A stretch of DNA of 64,000 nucleotides from Trypanosoma brucei (taxonomy: Eukaryota), in contig CH464491.1 in assembly GCA_000002445.1 (NCBI GenBank), forward strand, positions 3,072,001 to 3,136,000. Direction: 5' to 3'. Both the position numbers and the translations under genes were made by a program. Position 1 is the stretch's first letter. Each line of letters begins with the position of its first letter. Of the stretch, positions 62,336 through 64,000 are shown in pieces. Below the pieces are notes generated by a model. That model saw nothing but the letters and a program-made list of their open reading frames with translations, ran no database searches and was not told the DNA's origin.

Positions 62336-64000
62336 TTGGCGAAGCGCTTGTAAGCACTGCTCAAAAGCATTTCCACACACACACACACACCTTCACGTTG
62401 TCGCGGAAACGGGGGAGGGGGGAAGGAAGGGGTGCATTTCCCTGTCGGAAAGTTTGCAATAAGTGGAAAGAGCTCGGGCATGCATAACCAAACGAAGCCG
62501 CTGTGTGCTTCTGTTTGTATTCTGCATAAAGTGCAAATATGAGTGGAACTGAAGGTGACTAGTCGTTTCTGACCCTTATCGTAGCGCACTCGTCCCGTCT
62601 CTGTAATTGCGCTGCCGCCGCATATAACCAACTTTGCAGGACCCACCCCTGCGCTGCGTTGCGCAGCGGCAAGAGTGAGGGCAAGGACGCAGTATTGCAC
62701 CCTTCCTTGCCCTATTATCGAAATCCTTTTGTGCGTACGCTTTGATTTGTGTGAATCCCTTTCTGCATTGGAAAATTGAAAACAAAAAAATACTTACACG
62801 TACCCGAAGAAGAGGCAAAAAAAGCCTTTTGATTTTGAATAACATACGTGGGCGCGTTGTTACTTGAATCGTGTTGATGCGGCGCCCATGGTGAAAAGCG
62901 TTGCAAAGGCGTTGTATCTCTATGGGGGTGCATCTCCTGCGTTCGACCTCCTCCCCACTTGATGAATTTGACAAGACACGATAGCGGCCAAATGAAGCAA
63001 GGGTAATTGAGTTTCTTGCGACGCCGGGAGGGCACGCATTCGGAGGGGAAGTTCCAAATTAGTTCAATAGCACAGGAGAGAATGGAAAGGAAGTAAACCG
63101 CGTGAATGTGATTCCTCCCACGGACCCGCCCCCCCCCCAGGATGTGAAAAAGGGCCAATGTTCCATGCCGGCGCTAAATTTCTCAGAGGGAAGGTCAGCA
63201 GCCTGCGGGAGCGGCGGGGTTGCGAGACACAAGTCAAAGCCAACGCACCGCGACTCGGAAAAGGTAGCGAAGGGCGAGGTTCATGAGGTGCTGCGCTTAG
63301 CAAAACCCCACAAACTCCGTTCCGCACTCCACACACCCACATGCCTCGCGCAAAACAAAAAACTGAGCACCCCGGAGCCTGTTTATTGGTACTCGTTTCA
63401 CCCCATCCGGGTGAACATTCACGATGTCGCCAACCCAAGCTGCCAGGTCCACAACCGGTAACAGCTTTGACAAAATGGCAAGCGGCTTTGCAGTGCTGAT
63501 CGATGCCCCGTTTGCCTTGCGACTCACGGCACTCCTCATCTGTGGAACATACGTTGAACCCCTAGAACATGCCAGCCGTAGACGAGTGCCACCGTCGACC
63601 ACGGGCCCTCACACCGGTTACCGCAGGTCACTCGGAAAGGAAGGGGGAGGCGGTCACGGGATGGCGAAGTCGGAGCGCAGGTCAGCGTGACAGAAAAGGA
63701 TAGCCGCATATCATCCGCATGAGCAATGTGGAAAACAACTGGGCGATTGGTTGAATGCAAGTGGGCACTGAAGAATCATGGGGCGTTTCCCCGCACCATC
63801 TCAAACCCCTGGAGGGTATCGTTACACGTGGAGATGCCGAATTTAGGCACCACCAATACAGCCGCACATACTTGCGTGACAGCCAAGTTCACTAGCCACA
63901 ACACGAAGAAGGCAGAATAGGTTAGATAAACCCAGAAGACTGGAAGAAGGATATTGGAAAACAGGAACGGTGCTGAACGGAAGGCCACCGGTGGTGTCTT

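Noticed and set aside
1-64000. Prokaryotic-style systems (CRISPR arrays, restriction-modification, toxin-antitoxin, phage defence islands, operon terminators)
   Set aside because: The gene content (SF3B1, coatomer, eIF4E, PP2A, RPS17/RPS29, COX15), the unidirectional intron-less array and the polyY-rich spacers are eukaryotic (kinetoplastid-like). No direct-repeat/spacer arrays or Shine-Dalgarno-coupled operon structure were seen.
62336-64000. Short + and - strand ORFs (for example 63102..63461, 63064..63438) at the end of the window
   Set aside because: All are under 150 aa and low-complexity, and they overlap one another on opposite strands. Without homology or context I cannot support a gene here.

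Overview
This window reads as a kinetoplastid (Trypanosoma-like) nuclear chromosomal segment, and I could not recognise a novel multi-gene system in it. Every convincing gene (about 28) lies on the + strand with no strand switch, consistent with one polycistronic transcription unit. ORFs are intron-less. Genes are separated by 0.3-3.4 kb spacers carrying long pyrimidine (CT-rich) tracts followed by AG dinucleotides, the architecture used for spliced-leader trans-splicing and polyadenylation. The spacers also hold many microsatellites: (CA)n, (TA)n, (GT)n and a G14 run. Minus-strand ORFs are short, low-complexity, or lie antisense to clearly conserved + strand genes, so I treat them as artefacts.

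From motifs read directly in the translations, the recognisable products are:
- V-type ATPase subunit B (5' gene, possibly truncated at the window edge)
- an eIF2B-gamma-like nucleotidyltransferase/hexapeptide-repeat protein
- a DUF676 serine esterase
- an ITFG1/TIP-like FG-GAP membrane protein
- RPS29, 57 aa and absent from the ORF track
- a Cfd1/NUBP2-like Mrp/NBP35 P-loop ATPase
- an eIF4E-family cap-binding protein with a long N-terminal extension (EIF4E3-like)
- a divergent acyl-CoA dehydrogenase-like protein
- an R3H-domain protein
- a PIF1-family helicase
- two tandem, near-identical RPS17 genes
- SF3B1 (TP-repeat N-terminus plus HEAT repeats)
- an LRR + IQ protein
- an ADP-ribosylglycohydrolase-fold protein lacking the metal-binding DTDT motif
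- a protein with at least 14 IQ motifs
- coatomer gamma
- a MoaC-domain protein embedded in an AT-hook/acidic-tail architecture
- MsrB
- a PP2A-family phosphatase catalytic subunit
- COX15 (heme A synthase)
- a cysteine-rich type I membrane protein

Synteny (V-ATPase B ... EIF4E3 ... tandem RPS17 ... SF3B1 ... COPG) and the 442-aa eIF4E homologue are most consistent with an African-trypanosome (T. brucei-group) chromosome-11-like region; this rests on recall, not a search.

The items most worth a second look are:
- the MoaC-domain fusion protein
- the ARH-like pseudoenzyme
- the overlap/frame change between the 43970 and 45291 ORFs, upstream of the IQ-array protein
- the 3.4-kb ORF-free gap at 17.6-21.0 kb
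- the gene-converted RPS17 pair

Several ORF-track entries begin at GTG/TTG rather than ATG, so I re-set those starts to the first in-frame ATG.
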